DNA of 64,000 nucleotides. It comes from a virus. The stretch covers positions 12,978-76,977 of IMG/VR virus record IMGVR_UViG_3300028025_006190; one strand, 5' to 3'. Within the stretch, counting starts at the first letter, position 1. Each line of letters opens with the position of its first letter. A model generated the notes under the pieces. That model saw only the letters and a program-made list of their open reading frames with translations, did no database searches and was not told the DNA's origin. Both the position numbers and the translations under genes were made by a program. Shown here piece after piece: positions 8,468 through 29,007 of this stretch.

Positions 8468-11400
8468 ATGGCTGTTGTTGGTAGCGCTAATCTTATAGCG
8501 CGAGTACTTACCGACCGAATAGATGAAGATCTACGTCGTGGCTTTTCCGACTCTAATCTCAAGGGGACGCACATCCAGGTCCGTCGTGCCGGAGAACGAA
8601 TAAATAAGTCACTCATGGACACCTTTAGAAATGCTAGAGGTAGAAATCCATTTGAAAAGATCGCTAATGGACTCAGGGAACTAGCCCCGGGGGCAGAAGC
8701 GGCTGCGCTTAAGTTTAGATCTTTGACAAGAGCAAACCTTACCCTAGGAACTGCCCTAAACGTACTACTTGGTGGTCTATTTAGCGTACTCGGCGGGTTA
8801 ACGTCTCTAGCAGGTGCGGCAGGAGGTGCGGCCGCTTCGTTAGGTGTTGTAGCAAATGGGGCATTTGCCTTAGTCGCTGGAATGATAGCAGCCTCGGTGG
8901 CCCTCCGAGGGGTTGGTAGGGCTCTTGGGGCCCTTAATAGGCAGTCTGCAGGGGCAGCTGACAATACTAGACAGGTGCAGCAAGCCGAGCAGGCTCTCGC
9001 ACAGACTATTGAACGTAACCGAGAAACATTAATCAATGCAAATAACGAGGTTCGTAGATCTCAGCTTGCCCTGAATGAAGCAATTAAACAGGGCCAAGAA
9101 GAAATCCAACAACTTGGGTTCGATGCCGAAGAAGCTGCTCTTTCTGAGAGCAGAGCTGCCCTCGAGCTAGACAAGGCTCGAGAGATACTTGCTCGTACCC
9201 AGGACCTTCCGCCAAACTCTCGTGCCCGCAAAGAAGCCGAGCTCGCTTTCCAAGAAGCAGAGCTAAATCTTCGAAGAGCAAAAGACAGATCTTCTGATCT
9301 CAATGAAGAGCAGGATCGTCTCGCTAAGACTGGAGTCTCTGGTACCCAGGTAGTTATTGACGCGACGAACGACTTAGCAGAGGCAGAAGCCAACAAAGCA
9401 AGAGTTGTTAGAGATGGAATTAGGGATCAGATCGCGGCTCTTGATGCACTCACCGCTGCGCAGGAGAGAGCAGCTGGTGGGGGTGGAGCAAACCCACTTG
9501 AAGGACTCAATGAGGCTCAAATAACTTTTGTTCGGTTCTTGCAGTCAATTCAGCCTAGGCTCAAGGAACTTAAAGCCGCCATTTCTGGTGCGTTTCTCGT
9601 TCCTCTGCAAGAGGCAATTACAGTCTTAGTAGACAAAGCACTTCCCACCATTGAAACAGGAATGGTAAGGGTGGCCGGAGCAACCGGAACTGCAGCGAAG
9701 TATTTTGCGAATGCTGTGGCCGATGGTACAAACCTAGCTAACTTAGGAAAAGTTTTCGAGAGCTCGGGAAAAATTATTGAGATCTTCGGTAAAGCTGCCG
9801 GAAGCCTATACGGGGCTCTTCTCTCTGTAATGGTAAATCTAATACCTGCTGCAGAACAATTTGCAAACTTCCTAGACTCTACGTTTGGAAAATTTGACGC
9901 CTACATGAAGGACGTCAAAAATCAGCCAGCTATTACAGACTTTTTTGAGCGGTCCAAAAATGCTCTTGCAGACTTCGGTGAGATTTTCGGCAACATCTTT
10001 GGTGGCTTTGGGAAGATCATTAACGCCAACCTGGGTCCAGGTACTGGCGGTCAACTTCTTCTTGATTGGCTAAAAGAGTCAACTCAAAGGTTCCAGGATA
10101 TGGACTCCACATTTGATGGAGCCGGCGGTATGCGCCAGTTTTTCCGAGATGTTGCTCAAAATACTAAGTCCATTATGCAGTCGATCGGTGCCCTGCTTGG
10201 GGAACTGATCAAACTCGGGGCTAATCCGGCTATCGGCGAGACTTTTGACATTTTAAAGGCCGGGGCACCCTTTATTGGCATAATGGCAAAAGAAGCCGTT
10301 GAATCAGGCCCGGCAATGGCAAACTTGATTGTTGTTTTGTCCGAAATCGGATCACTTCTTGCTGATTCCTCGGTGGCCGATGCTTTCTTCCAACCAATGA
10401 TTTTCCTTGCGGAAAAAGTCAGAGATGTCTTAAAGAACGAGACAGTCCAAGCAATTCTGGATGTGCTAGGGCCCATATTTGGATTTATAGCTGGTGTCGG
10501 CGTTATGGCCCAGTTGGCTGGATTTCTTGCTTTAGTTGTTGTTGGGAAAGTTATTCCCGCGTTTGCCGCCCTAGGCAAGGTGTTTGCTTTCATAGCTGCA
10601 AACCCAATAATTGTTGTTCTTGCTGCTCTTGCTGCTTTAATGGTTTATTTGTATACCACCAACGAAGAGTTTGCTGCGTCACTCAATCAAGTATTTAGCG
10701 AAATCTCTGCAGCATTTAGTGGGGTAATGTCAGAAATTGGTCCGCAAATAGCAGCGGCTTTCTCTGAGCTAGGCCCAATTCTGGCTGATCTTGCCCTCGC
10801 ACTTGGAGAGGTAATACTAACTATTCTCCCGCTTCTGATCCCGCTTATTCAAATAATTGCCCCGCTAATTGGCTCACTAGTCGAGCTGTTCGGTGGGCTA
10901 GTTACTATTTTGGCTGGCGTTCTTCTCGATACGATCAATGCGCTATTGCCGACCCTTGAGCTTCTCGTCAAGTCATTTGGAGACATAGTAGTTGCCATTA
11001 TGCCTCTAGTTAAGGATTTACTTGATGCACTGGTTCCGGCCTTCCTTGAAATCGTTGAGGCTATCCTGCCACTTATCCCAATTCTTCTTGACGCTCTTCT
11101 TCCCGTATTTAATCAATTGGTGGAAGCTATTGTTCCAGTAGTTCTTCAATTGGCTGAGCATCTTATTCCGGTGATCCAACAATTAGCAGAATTTATAGGA
11201 CCAGTAGCTGCGATAGTTGCTGAAGCGATTGGACAGCTAGCTCCAATATTCCTCGGTCTTATTCAACAGATGATGCCACTTGTTGGGGTTATTATTGACA
11301 CACTTATTCCGGCATTTATGGCAATAGTAGATGCTGTTATGCCTGTAGCTTTGAGTATCATAGAAGCGTTGCTTCCGGTAATTATTCAGCTTATGGACGC

Positions 11401-12133
11401 TCTTCTTCCACTAATAACTATGATTATTGAAGCCCTAGTACCTGTATTTTTGATGCTCGCAGAGGCAATTGTTCCACTAATCGAATTGATTCTTCCGCCA
11501 CTAGTTAGCCTAATTGAGATGCTTATGCCAGTTATTCAATTGCTTGCTGATCTTCTAATAGGGCCCCTCTCCTTCGCCATCGGAATTCTATCTGGGCTGT
11601 TCAAACTCCTGACTGGAGACTTTGAGGGTGCCGGTAAGGTATTTGGTGACGTATTCCAGGGGATGCTCGACTTTGGTAAAAAAATTGTTAATGACCTCAT
11701 TGGTATCTTTGAGGGAATGATCAACTTCGTCATTGACGGATTCAATAGAATGATCGACTTTATTAATAGTCTAAAAATTGAAGTACCCGACTGGGTCCCC
11801 CTTATTGGCGGTCAGACCCTGAGCCTAAATATCCCTCGTATTGGGAGGGTGTCAATCCCGCGTCTTGCTGAGGGTGGAGTGGTCCCCGCCCGCGCCGGAG
11901 GCACCCTTGCTCAGGTTGCCGAAGCGGGTCGCCCAGAGCGGATCGAGCCCCTCGATGCAAACGGTATGTCTAAGCGTGACCGATTCATTGTCGATCTGAT
12001 TAAATCTCAACAGGGTGACCAAAAAGGTATTAATATTACAGTAAACCCATCACCGGGTATGGACGAACAAGCACTGGCACAGGCCGTGTCTCGTCAATTG
12101 GCTTTCGAGATGCGTAGAGGTTCGGTTTACTAA
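8468..12133 (+). CDS. Tape measure protein
   Basis: 1221 aa with coiled-coil and long amphipathic Leu/Ile/Pro repeats. C-terminal LAEGGVV...AEAGRPE motif. Confidence 0.92.
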   Translation: MAVVGSANLIARVLTDRIDEDLRRGFSDSNLKGTHIQVRRAGERINKSLMDTFRNARGRNPFEKIANGLRELAPGAEAAALKFRSLTRANLTLGTALNVLLGGLFSVLGGLTSLAGAAGGAAASLGVVANGAFALVAGMIAASVALRGVGRALGALNRQSAGAADNTRQVQQAEQALAQTIERNRETLINANNEVRRSQLALNEAIKQGQEEIQQLGFDAEEAALSESRAALELDKAREILARTQDLPPNSRARKEAELAFQEAELNLRRAKDRSSDLNEEQDRLAKTGVSGTQVVIDATNDLAEAEANKARVVRDGIRDQIAALDALTAAQERAAGGGGANPLEGLNEAQITFVRFLQSIQPRLKELKAAISGAFLVPLQEAITVLVDKALPTIETGMVRVAGATGTAAKYFANAVADGTNLANLGKVFESSGKIIEIFGKAAGSLYGALLSVMVNLIPAAEQFANFLDSTFGKFDAYMKDVKNQPAITDFFERSKNALADFGEIFGNIFGGFGKIINANLGPGTGGQLLLDWLKESTQRFQDMDSTFDGAGGMRQFFRDVAQNTKSIMQSIGALLGELIKLGANPAIGETFDILKAGAPFIGIMAKEAVESGPAMANLIVVLSEIGSLLADSSVADAFFQPMIFLAEKVRDVLKNETVQAILDVLGPIFGFIAGVGVMAQLAGFLALVVVGKVIPAFAALGKVFAFIAANPIIVVLAALAALMVYLYTTNEEFAASLNQVFSEISAAFSGVMSEIGPQIAAAFSELGPILADLALALGEVILTILPLLIPLIQIIAPLIGSLVELFGGLVTILAGVLLDTINALLPTLELLVKSFGDIVVAIMPLVKDLLDALVPAFLEIVEAILPLIPILLDALLPVFNQLVEAIVPVVLQLAEHLIPVIQQLAEFIGPVAAIVAEAIGQLAPIFLGLIQQMMPLVGVIIDTLIPAFMAIVDAVMPVALSIIEALLPVIIQLMDALLPLITMIIEALVPVFLMLAEAIVPLIELILPPLVSLIEMLMPVIQLLADLLIGPLSFAIGILSGLFKLLTGDFEGAGKVFGDVFQGMLDFGKKIVNDLIGIFEGMINFVIDGFNRMIDFINSLKIEVPDWVPLIGGQTLSLNIPRIGRVSIPRLAEGGVVPARAGGTLAQVAEAGRPERIEPLDANGMSKRDRFIVDLIKSQQGDQKGINITVNPSPGMDEQALAQAVSRQLAFEMRRGSVY

Positions 12134-15100
12134 TGGCTAGGCAAAATCTACTTACCAACCCCAACTTCTCCCTTAGTACTGGGTGGAGGGGGCGTGAAGG
12201 TGCCACAATCCTCTTTACTCACTTCCTCGGTCGAACCTGCGTAGAGGTGACAAAGAAAGATACCCCCAAATCTGGCGTCGAGACAATTGACTACATTCCT
12301 ATATTACAAAATCCAGCAAATCTTCCATATGCATATTCTGCCTATATCTATATTCCAACAGGTCAGCCCTCAGGAGAGTTTGTTGTCTCTATTGAGTGGT
12401 ACACGTTTAGCTCTGGCACATACACCTCAATCCTAGAGACACAGTCTGATCCAACAGAACTCAGCTCCGGGATTGGTGAGTGGACCAGACTAACTCAGGT
12501 GACTGCAGCACCTAACAACGCGACCCATGCAAAGTTCCGCATCTACCAAACACAGACGGGGACAAATGAAGCAAAGTTCCTAGCGGACTACGCCCTATTT
12601 GAGCAGTCAAGCTTTGTTGGTGGATTTATTGATAATCTTACCCAGGCACAAGAGACGCAGATTGTTGACCGAGCACTTTCGATATATGAAGACGACTCTC
12701 ACATAACTAAATTGCAGCTCAATGCTGATGTTCAGATTGGGGATTTTGTCTTCAATACGATTGATGAAGATCAGATTATCTGGATTTGCACAGACATTGA
12801 GGGATGGTGGAATACTGCCACACCCGAGACACCCAACATTCCTCGAGGTTTCCAAGACGGATCTTACGACGTATCCGGGAGATACGCTGCAAGAGATCTC
12901 ACTCTAACGGGAGTATTCATTCCACAAGGGCCAGGCGATGTGGGAGTTGGACGACAGAAACTGTTGGCGGCAATTGATCTAGTTCGTCAAGGTGCTTGGC
13001 TGCGGACAAGTGAGGAGCCAACAAGAGCATCTTTTGTTCGCCTCACCGGTAGACCGCAAATTCAGACAGTAAATGCTCGAGGCCGAACAGAGTTCTCGAT
13101 TGCTCTTCGTGCGGGTGACCCAATTAAATACAAGTGGGATGACACCAAAATTGATGGAATTAGTTCTCAAGAAATAGATCTTGCGTCGGAAGCTCCAGAC
13201 GATTTTGGAACTTTGAGCATCATCAATGAAGGCGATGCTACGGTAACGGCAAAGCTAATTTTTACCGGCCCGCTAGGTTCTGGGTCTACTGTAGAGGTCT
13301 ATCACGAAAACAGTGGTACAACTGAGGTGATGACACTCATCGAGCCTCTCCGCAGTAACGGTGCCGTCGCTACAGTGACTGACGTCGAGATCACAAACAA
13401 TGTTGCTCTTGTTACTACAGAAGAAGCTCACGGTCTATCTATTGGTGAGGTTGTGTCTATTGTTTCTACAATAAATGACGATGTTAACGTCAGTTCAGCC
13501 ACAATTTCTTCAGTTACGGACACACTTCCATACACTCTGAGCTACACAATCACACATCCCGTCGATGACTTCCCCAAAGAAACTTCTGGCGGGACCGTTA
13601 ATCTAGTATCAAAAGACGTGATGGTAGTGGACAACTACCACAGAAATGTCACACTAAATGGCGATGAAACAGGCTACAGATCAAAGCTAGATACTTTGAC
13701 TGATTGGATAACACTCGAGCCTGGTCTAAATACTTTTACCTTCACTGACAGTATTGATCCGGATTCTGTAAGACTTAAATACTATGACGGAACTACAAAT
13801 AAAATTACGCTAACAACAACAGATTCTCATTTTCTTACTCAAAATAATGTTATATCTATTGAGTTTCCTACATATGCAGAAATTGCATTTAAAGAAGTTA
13901 CTAGCAATATAGTCACTATTACCACAGCTAACTCACACGGATTTTCTGTCGGAGATCAAATAGAGGTGAGTACAACCCTAAGTACCACCGTCACACAAAA
14001 AGAGATAACTTCTAATACTGCCACCCTTACCGTGGCAGATGGCTCAGCAATTTCTGACAATGATGTTGTCTCTGTGTCGATCCCTGCTACTGCTCAGGTT
14101 ATAGCAAAGAGTCGTTCGGGGGACTTGATAACTCTTACTACCTCAAATGCCGCCACTGGCCACGGATTCTCCAATGGAGACGAGGTGACAGTTGGATTCC
14201 CGCTAAGTGCACTAGCGACAAATAAGCAACTTATTGACAATGTGGCAACTATTACTACGGCCCAGAACCATAACTTTGTGCTGAATGATGAAATAAATGT
14301 AGCATTTCCGGAGACAACCAGTGTCAACCAGAAAACTGTATCTGACACCCAGGTAACCCTCAGGACCGCCACGGATCATGGGTTTTCTGTGGGGGACAGA
14401 ATCACTGTTGCACTCCCCACGGGATCAGCGGTCACACTAAGTGACTCTAGAAAATATGGTGGTGCAGCATATCTAGGTGTGACGTTTATACAGTCCTCGG
14501 GTGTAACTAGAACTCTAACTACAACTGATCCCCACAACTTTGCAGCAGGAGATCAAATTTACGTTGCAAGTATAAATACCGACTACAACGGAACACACAC
14601 CATCATCAATACCCCCACCACCACGACACTTACATATGATGTGACTGGTGGAACTTCTATAACTAATGCGTCACCGATCTCCACTGACGGAATAGGTACC
14701 GTAACAAACACCACTACGAGCTACCGAGTAACACTCAATACCGCAGCAGCACACAACTTTTCAGTTGGAGACTCGATCTTGGTGGGTGTTGGACTCCCGA
14801 CTACAGCCACTATAACCAACAGACTAGCCAGCTCTACTGAGTGCACACTCACATCAGCTGCGCACAAATACAGCGTTGGTGAAGTGATCACTGTGGCCCT
14901 GACGGGTTCTGGTGTAGATAGGTACAACGGAACATTTGCTATCTCTGCTGTGGCCACCGACACGTTTACTTATGTGTTTGCTGGAGCTAGTGAATCATCT
15001 ATCGCGGCCACTGGCTCGGTAACTAACTTGACGATCCAAAATATCTACAATGGAACAAAAGTTATTGATACGGTCCCGACTAATAGTTCTTTCACCTATT

Positions 15101-15249
15101 TGGTTTATGGACAAGACTCGTACACAACGAGTACAAAGGCAGGATCTAGTGCATCTATCTCTAATCTGACGAATACTGCACTTAATGGAACAAATTTAGT
15201 TCTTACGGCAGCTTCCGGTACGACTCTTCAATACACAAGGACGGTTTAG
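12133..15249 (+). CDS. Distal tail (Dit-like) protein with N-terminal CBM-like domain and nested beta-barrel repeats
   Basis: Follows the tape measure with a TAATG overlap. IEGWW...RDLTLTG...RAGDPIKY...NEGD...WITLEPGLN Dit-like motifs, then repeated TTxxxHxFxxGDxIxV units. Confidence 0.75.
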   Translation: MARQNLLTNPNFSLSTGWRGREGATILFTHFLGRTCVEVTKKDTPKSGVETIDYIPILQNPANLPYAYSAYIYIPTGQPSGEFVVSIEWYTFSSGTYTSILETQSDPTELSSGIGEWTRLTQVTAAPNNATHAKFRIYQTQTGTNEAKFLADYALFEQSSFVGGFIDNLTQAQETQIVDRALSIYEDDSHITKLQLNADVQIGDFVFNTIDEDQIIWICTDIEGWWNTATPETPNIPRGFQDGSYDVSGRYAARDLTLTGVFIPQGPGDVGVGRQKLLAAIDLVRQGAWLRTSEEPTRASFVRLTGRPQIQTVNARGRTEFSIALRAGDPIKYKWDDTKIDGISSQEIDLASEAPDDFGTLSIINEGDATVTAKLIFTGPLGSGSTVEVYHENSGTTEVMTLIEPLRSNGAVATVTDVEITNNVALVTTEEAHGLSIGEVVSIVSTINDDVNVSSATISSVTDTLPYTLSYTITHPVDDFPKETSGGTVNLVSKDVMVVDNYHRNVTLNGDETGYRSKLDTLTDWITLEPGLNTFTFTDSIDPDSVRLKYYDGTTNKITLTTTDSHFLTQNNVISIEFPTYAEIAFKEVTSNIVTITTANSHGFSVGDQIEVSTTLSTTVTQKEITSNTATLTVADGSAISDNDVVSVSIPATAQVIAKSRSGDLITLTTSNAATGHGFSNGDEVTVGFPLSALATNKQLIDNVATITTAQNHNFVLNDEINVAFPETTSVNQKTVSDTQVTLRTATDHGFSVGDRITVALPTGSAVTLSDSRKYGGAAYLGVTFIQSSGVTRTLTTTDPHNFAAGDQIYVASINTDYNGTHTIINTPTTTTLTYDVTGGTSITNASPISTDGIGTVTNTTTSYRVTLNTAAAHNFSVGDSILVGVGLPTTATITNRLASSTECTLTSAAHKYSVGEVITVALTGSGVDRYNGTFAISAVATDTFTYVFAGASESSIAATGSVTNLTIQNIYNGTKVIDTVPTNSSFTYLVYGQDSYTTSTKAGSSASISNLTNTALNGTNLVLTAASGTTLQYTRTV

Positions 15250-15252
15250 TAA

Positions 15253-18234
15253 ATGCCTAGTTTTGTTTTTGGTGCTGGCGGCACAAGTAACAATGGTGCT
15301 AGCTATACGGGTGATGTCTGGGTTCGCTCATTTGCTGGATATGCATCTGGGTTCAACAACAACATCTCTGGTGCTGGTGTGGTTGTCTATGACAGCATTA
15401 CTATTAACGGCACCTACAGTAATGCCTACCCCACGTACTCGGATGGCTATGCGTATTTGAACAGGGCCGGCGGCGGCTTTATGTACTTTAGCCGTTTTCA
15501 GGGTAACGGCGGGGTGGTTACAGACAATACAGGGTATTCGTGGACCAATGGTGGGCTCCAAGGCACCGTCACATGGTCGACAGTCCCCGCTGTAATTAGC
15601 GCCCCAACCGCTACAGCAAGCACTACGGCTCAAGGTACTGTTGCTCTTTCGTGGACCGCTCCCAACAACGGTGGCGCTACAATCACGAACTACAGAATTT
15701 TCTTCGAGACAAGTGCTAATGGTTCTACTGGCTGGTCTGGTAAAACAGAGGTAACAAAATCAACAAGTACGTCCACAAGCCATACGGTCACCGGTCTAAC
15801 AGTCGGAACTTACTATCGATTTTATGTAAATGCCGTAAACTCGCGCGGCACAGCAAACTACTCGACAGTTTCTGCTGTCCGCCAAGCCCCCGGTAACCCG
15901 GGAGCACCGACTGCTCTTACGGCCACAAAAAGTACTGCCGCTGTTGGGTCAGTGGTTCTCGGCTGGACCGCCCCGTCAGTGGTATCGAGCGGTATCACTG
16001 GCTATAACGTCTACGCCAGACTTTCTACTGGATCTAGAACAAGGATAGCTACTCTCACAGGGCCAACAACCTCTTTTACTGCAACAGGCCTAGTGCAGCG
16101 TGGCAGCTATACATTCGATGTGGCCGCTCGAAGCGCATTCTCAGACACCAATGCAACTGAGAGTACGGCATCGGCCACGGCCACCGCCCAGGCATCTGGT
16201 GTTTCGTCCCCGCCACTGAACTTGGTTGTTACTACTGGTGGTCTGGAAAATCAGCTTGTACTCAACTGGAGTGCCCCCACTGATACGGCAAGTGACCTCC
16301 AAGGATATTATGTGTACCGATCTACGGGGACCTTGGCTGCAACAATCTCTGGTTCAACAACAACAGCTACTATCACTGGGCTGATTCCCGGGCAAAGCTA
16401 TGGTTGGGATGTTCGTGCAAGAACGACGCTTTCGGAGACACTTTCTACATTTGGTGAAGCATCGACAATCATATATGGTGTCCCCCTAGGAGAGCCAGAC
16501 GCACCCACAATGACGTCCCTAACGGTACTGTCAACTGTTGCCGGAGCAGCCAGACTTGTTTGGATCCCAAGCCCAGCGGCTGTTTACGCCAAAATCTACC
16601 GCACCTACCCGGATGGCAGCGCCTCGGACTCACTAGTTGCATCAGTCAAAGGGACAAGCTACGTCTTCTACGGCCTAAACCCCAATACTACGTACTACTA
16701 CAAGATGTCGTCTGTCAGCTCTACTAGTGAGGGACCGAAAACCTCGTCCTCTTTGTCTGTCACTCCGCTATCTACATCAGTACAAACCATTACCACCGCC
16801 TCGACTGTCACTAATACATCAAACTCGGCAGTTTTTAATGGGACATATTTTGTTTCAAGTATTTTGGATGCTCAGCGATTTTCATATCTTCGAACAGCTT
16901 CAAATTTGTCCTCTACAGCAATTCCCGAATCATTTGGTGTACTGAGCAACCGAACAGGTGATGATCTTAGTGGAACATTTACAATATCTACGGGATCTCC
17001 AACAAGTAATCAATTTACTTACACAAGCACACCTTCCTGGGGCACTCAGAACATCCCTACAACCCCCGTGAGTGTGTCGGTCACTAATAACACCAGTGCG
17101 AGATTTAATGGTGTATATACCGCACAGTCTGACGCAAGCACAATTACGTACTCGGTAGCCGCGGGGTCTAATGTCTCGAGCAGGGCTGCTTCCGGGTCTG
17201 TAGTAAATCAAAGTAACAGCACATATAACGGTGTATTTACCATTACGGAGGCAACAGAGACCACCTTTACATACCCAGCGGCTGCAAGCGGCTCCGATCA
17301 AGAAACTACCGCATCGGCGGGGGCGGTGGATAATCTCACCAACAGGACCATCTACAATACTGACGAGACTCTTGTTACAAGTGTCCCAGCGTACAACAGG
17401 CTGGTATATGACGCAAAACCTTCATTTGTAAACAGATCATATGATTTTGCGACTAGCACTGCGGACTCCGATCCTGGAGATGGGAAGATTAGATTTAACA
17501 ACGCCACTCTTGGGTCCGTGTCTTCGATCTATATCAGCAACAAGGACACCAGCCTTGCTAGCCAAGTAGCTTGGTATCAAATGTGGAATGATGGGCTATC
17601 TGTCACCAATAAGGGTAAGTTGATTGTCGCGAACTCTTCTGGGCTGTGGAGCTTTACCGTATCCGGAACAGTAGTTTCAGCTAATGGCTACTACAGAATC
17701 CCGGTGTCCTCTCCGGTGGGAACTTCTGTCCCCGCTGCTGGGGCCGTAGCCGTGGCTTTTGTTCCATTTGGATTCACGGATGCCCCCTACAAGTTCAGTA
17801 CCAGCACAACTGTTGGCGACCCAGGTAGCGGGTACATCAGATATAACCAATCTTCTATACAAAGTGTTACTCAGTTGATCATCGACAGATATTCCAGTGA
17901 AACTAGCCCGGTTGATAGATTGAACTGGATCAATAGTTGGTATAATCCGCTGTTCTCATCAACACAAACAGGGCGAATCTTTATTAGAAGTCGCAATACT
18001 ATGGCGGAGTTCGCCCTGACTGGGGATGCTGTTTATAACTCCGGAGGATCCTACTTTACTGCCCCCGTCACTTGGAAAGCAGGAGATGCGGGAATTTTGG
18101 CAGCTGATTTCCCTGTATTGATTACTTTTGTTCAAAGTAAAAATGCGGAGCTATATCAGCCGTACGGGGACGTACGAAAAGCTAATAGTATTGCAAACCT
18201 GGAGATACAATACCGCTCCGGTTGGCTTGGCTAG
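15253..18234 (+). CDS. Minor tail protein with four FN3-like domains, orphan barrel half-domains and a Dit-like C-terminus
   Basis: LSWTAP...ITNYRI...GLT.GT.Y.F.V.A.N FN3 repeats. Ends LEIQYRSGWLG. Confidence 0.75.
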   Translation: MPSFVFGAGGTSNNGASYTGDVWVRSFAGYASGFNNNISGAGVVVYDSITINGTYSNAYPTYSDGYAYLNRAGGGFMYFSRFQGNGGVVTDNTGYSWTNGGLQGTVTWSTVPAVISAPTATASTTAQGTVALSWTAPNNGGATITNYRIFFETSANGSTGWSGKTEVTKSTSTSTSHTVTGLTVGTYYRFYVNAVNSRGTANYSTVSAVRQAPGNPGAPTALTATKSTAAVGSVVLGWTAPSVVSSGITGYNVYARLSTGSRTRIATLTGPTTSFTATGLVQRGSYTFDVAARSAFSDTNATESTASATATAQASGVSSPPLNLVVTTGGLENQLVLNWSAPTDTASDLQGYYVYRSTGTLAATISGSTTTATITGLIPGQSYGWDVRARTTLSETLSTFGEASTIIYGVPLGEPDAPTMTSLTVLSTVAGAARLVWIPSPAAVYAKIYRTYPDGSASDSLVASVKGTSYVFYGLNPNTTYYYKMSSVSSTSEGPKTSSSLSVTPLSTSVQTITTASTVTNTSNSAVFNGTYFVSSILDAQRFSYLRTASNLSSTAIPESFGVLSNRTGDDLSGTFTISTGSPTSNQFTYTSTPSWGTQNIPTTPVSVSVTNNTSARFNGVYTAQSDASTITYSVAAGSNVSSRAASGSVVNQSNSTYNGVFTITEATETTFTYPAAASGSDQETTASAGAVDNLTNRTIYNTDETLVTSVPAYNRLVYDAKPSFVNRSYDFATSTADSDPGDGKIRFNNATLGSVSSIYISNKDTSLASQVAWYQMWNDGLSVTNKGKLIVANSSGLWSFTVSGTVVSANGYYRIPVSSPVGTSVPAAGAVAVAFVPFGFTDAPYKFSTSTTVGDPGSGYIRYNQSSIQSVTQLIIDRYSSETSPVDRLNWINSWYNPLFSSTQTGRIFIRSRNTMAEFALTGDAVYNSGGSYFTAPVTWKAGDAGILAADFPVLITFVQSKNAELYQPYGDVRKANSIANLEIQYRSGWLG

Positions 18235-18266
18235 TGTAGAATAGAAATATCCACTAGGAAAGACTT

Positions 18267-28026
<9,760 letters not shown>

Positions 28027-28035
28027 GATATAGAT

Positions 28036-28797
28036 ATGGCACTCGACTTTCCCTCCAGCCCCACCAACGGGCAAGTATTTGGCGACTACACGTATGACTC
28101 CACCGCTGGAGGATGGCGTAGCAGTAAGCTGGAGGCCACAGGAGTACCCGCTGGAGGAACTGCCAACCAGCTGCTGTCTAAAGTAAACAGCACAGACTAC
28201 AACACTCAGTGGATCACAGCTGTCCCCATTGCTAACGGCGGGACTGGCGTAGAGACTGGTGCTGGGATTACTCCGATCATCCCAACTAGCGCTACAACAG
28301 GCTCTGTTGGAGCAACAGGTACAGTAACGTTTTCTGCCCAGACAAGCATCAGCGTAAACGGGTGTTTTACATCTGCCTACACCCGTTACCGTGTTTTTGT
28401 AGATTTCACAACTACCAACATGACTGGTACAAATACGACGTGGGTCTTACGGTCTAGTGGGTCGAATAATACAACTTCAAACTATAGTTACAACGGTTAC
28501 AGGTTCATTGACTGGGCGGCTGCCCAGTTAAACGCAGCCGCTGCGGCTAGCTGGCTATTCATCGACTCAAATTCTCAAACAGGGACATCCTATTTGCAGG
28601 GGTACACCGATATTATGTACCCGCAACAGACAAGCCGAACATATATGAACCACGTGGCTAATATGTACGGTGCAGGTGGCTTCGACGGGTCCAACTATTT
28701 GGCGGGAATGTTTAACGGAACTACGTCCTTTGATGGCTTCTCTATTATTTTTTCCGCTTCCTCAACAGGAACTATCAAGATTTATGGGTATAACTAA
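28036..28797 (+). CDS. Accessory fibre / minor tail protein
   Basis: N-terminal ALDFPSSPTNGQ, then GGTANQLLSK and PIANGGTG fibre motifs. C-terminal GTIKIYGYN. Confidence 0.65.
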   Translation: MALDFPSSPTNGQVFGDYTYDSTAGGWRSSKLEATGVPAGGTANQLLSKVNSTDYNTQWITAVPIANGGTGVETGAGITPIIPTSATTGSVGATGTVTFSAQTSISVNGCFTSAYTRYRVFVDFTTTNMTGTNTTWVLRSSGSNNTTSNYSYNGYRFIDWAAAQLNAAAAASWLFIDSNSQTGTSYLQGYTDIMYPQQTSRTYMNHVANMYGAGGFDGSNYLAGMFNGTTSFDGFSIIFSASSTGTIKIYGYN

Positions 28798-28994
28798 TGG
28801 ATGAACTTACAGACGAAGAAATTGCGGCAATGCCTTCGGTTACCGAAGAAGACCTACAAGCTATACAAGCGTCTCAAGCAGAGTTAGACGCACAGCTTGA
28901 AGTTCAACGAGCAATTAAAGAATCTGCTTTGGCTAAACTTGCCTTGTTGGGATTGACTGAAGAAGAAGCCCGCGCTGTAATCGGTATCATCTAA
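28797..28994 (+). CDS. Small fibre-associated chaperone-like protein
   Basis: SALAKLALLGLTEEE motif typical after fibre genes; TAATG coupling. Confidence 0.55.
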   Translation: MDELTDEEIAAMPSVTEEDLQAIQASQAELDAQLEVQRAIKESALAKLALLGLTEEEARAVIGII

Positions 28995-29007
28995 ATTAAG
29001 AGACAAT

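Noticed and set aside
15247-15255. Stop-codon readthrough or TAG recoding joining the two in-frame tail ORFs
   Set aside because: Two consecutive different stops (TAG TAA) precede an ATG. TAG ends many normal genes here, and there is no suppressor tRNA (anticodon TAG reads CUA Leu).
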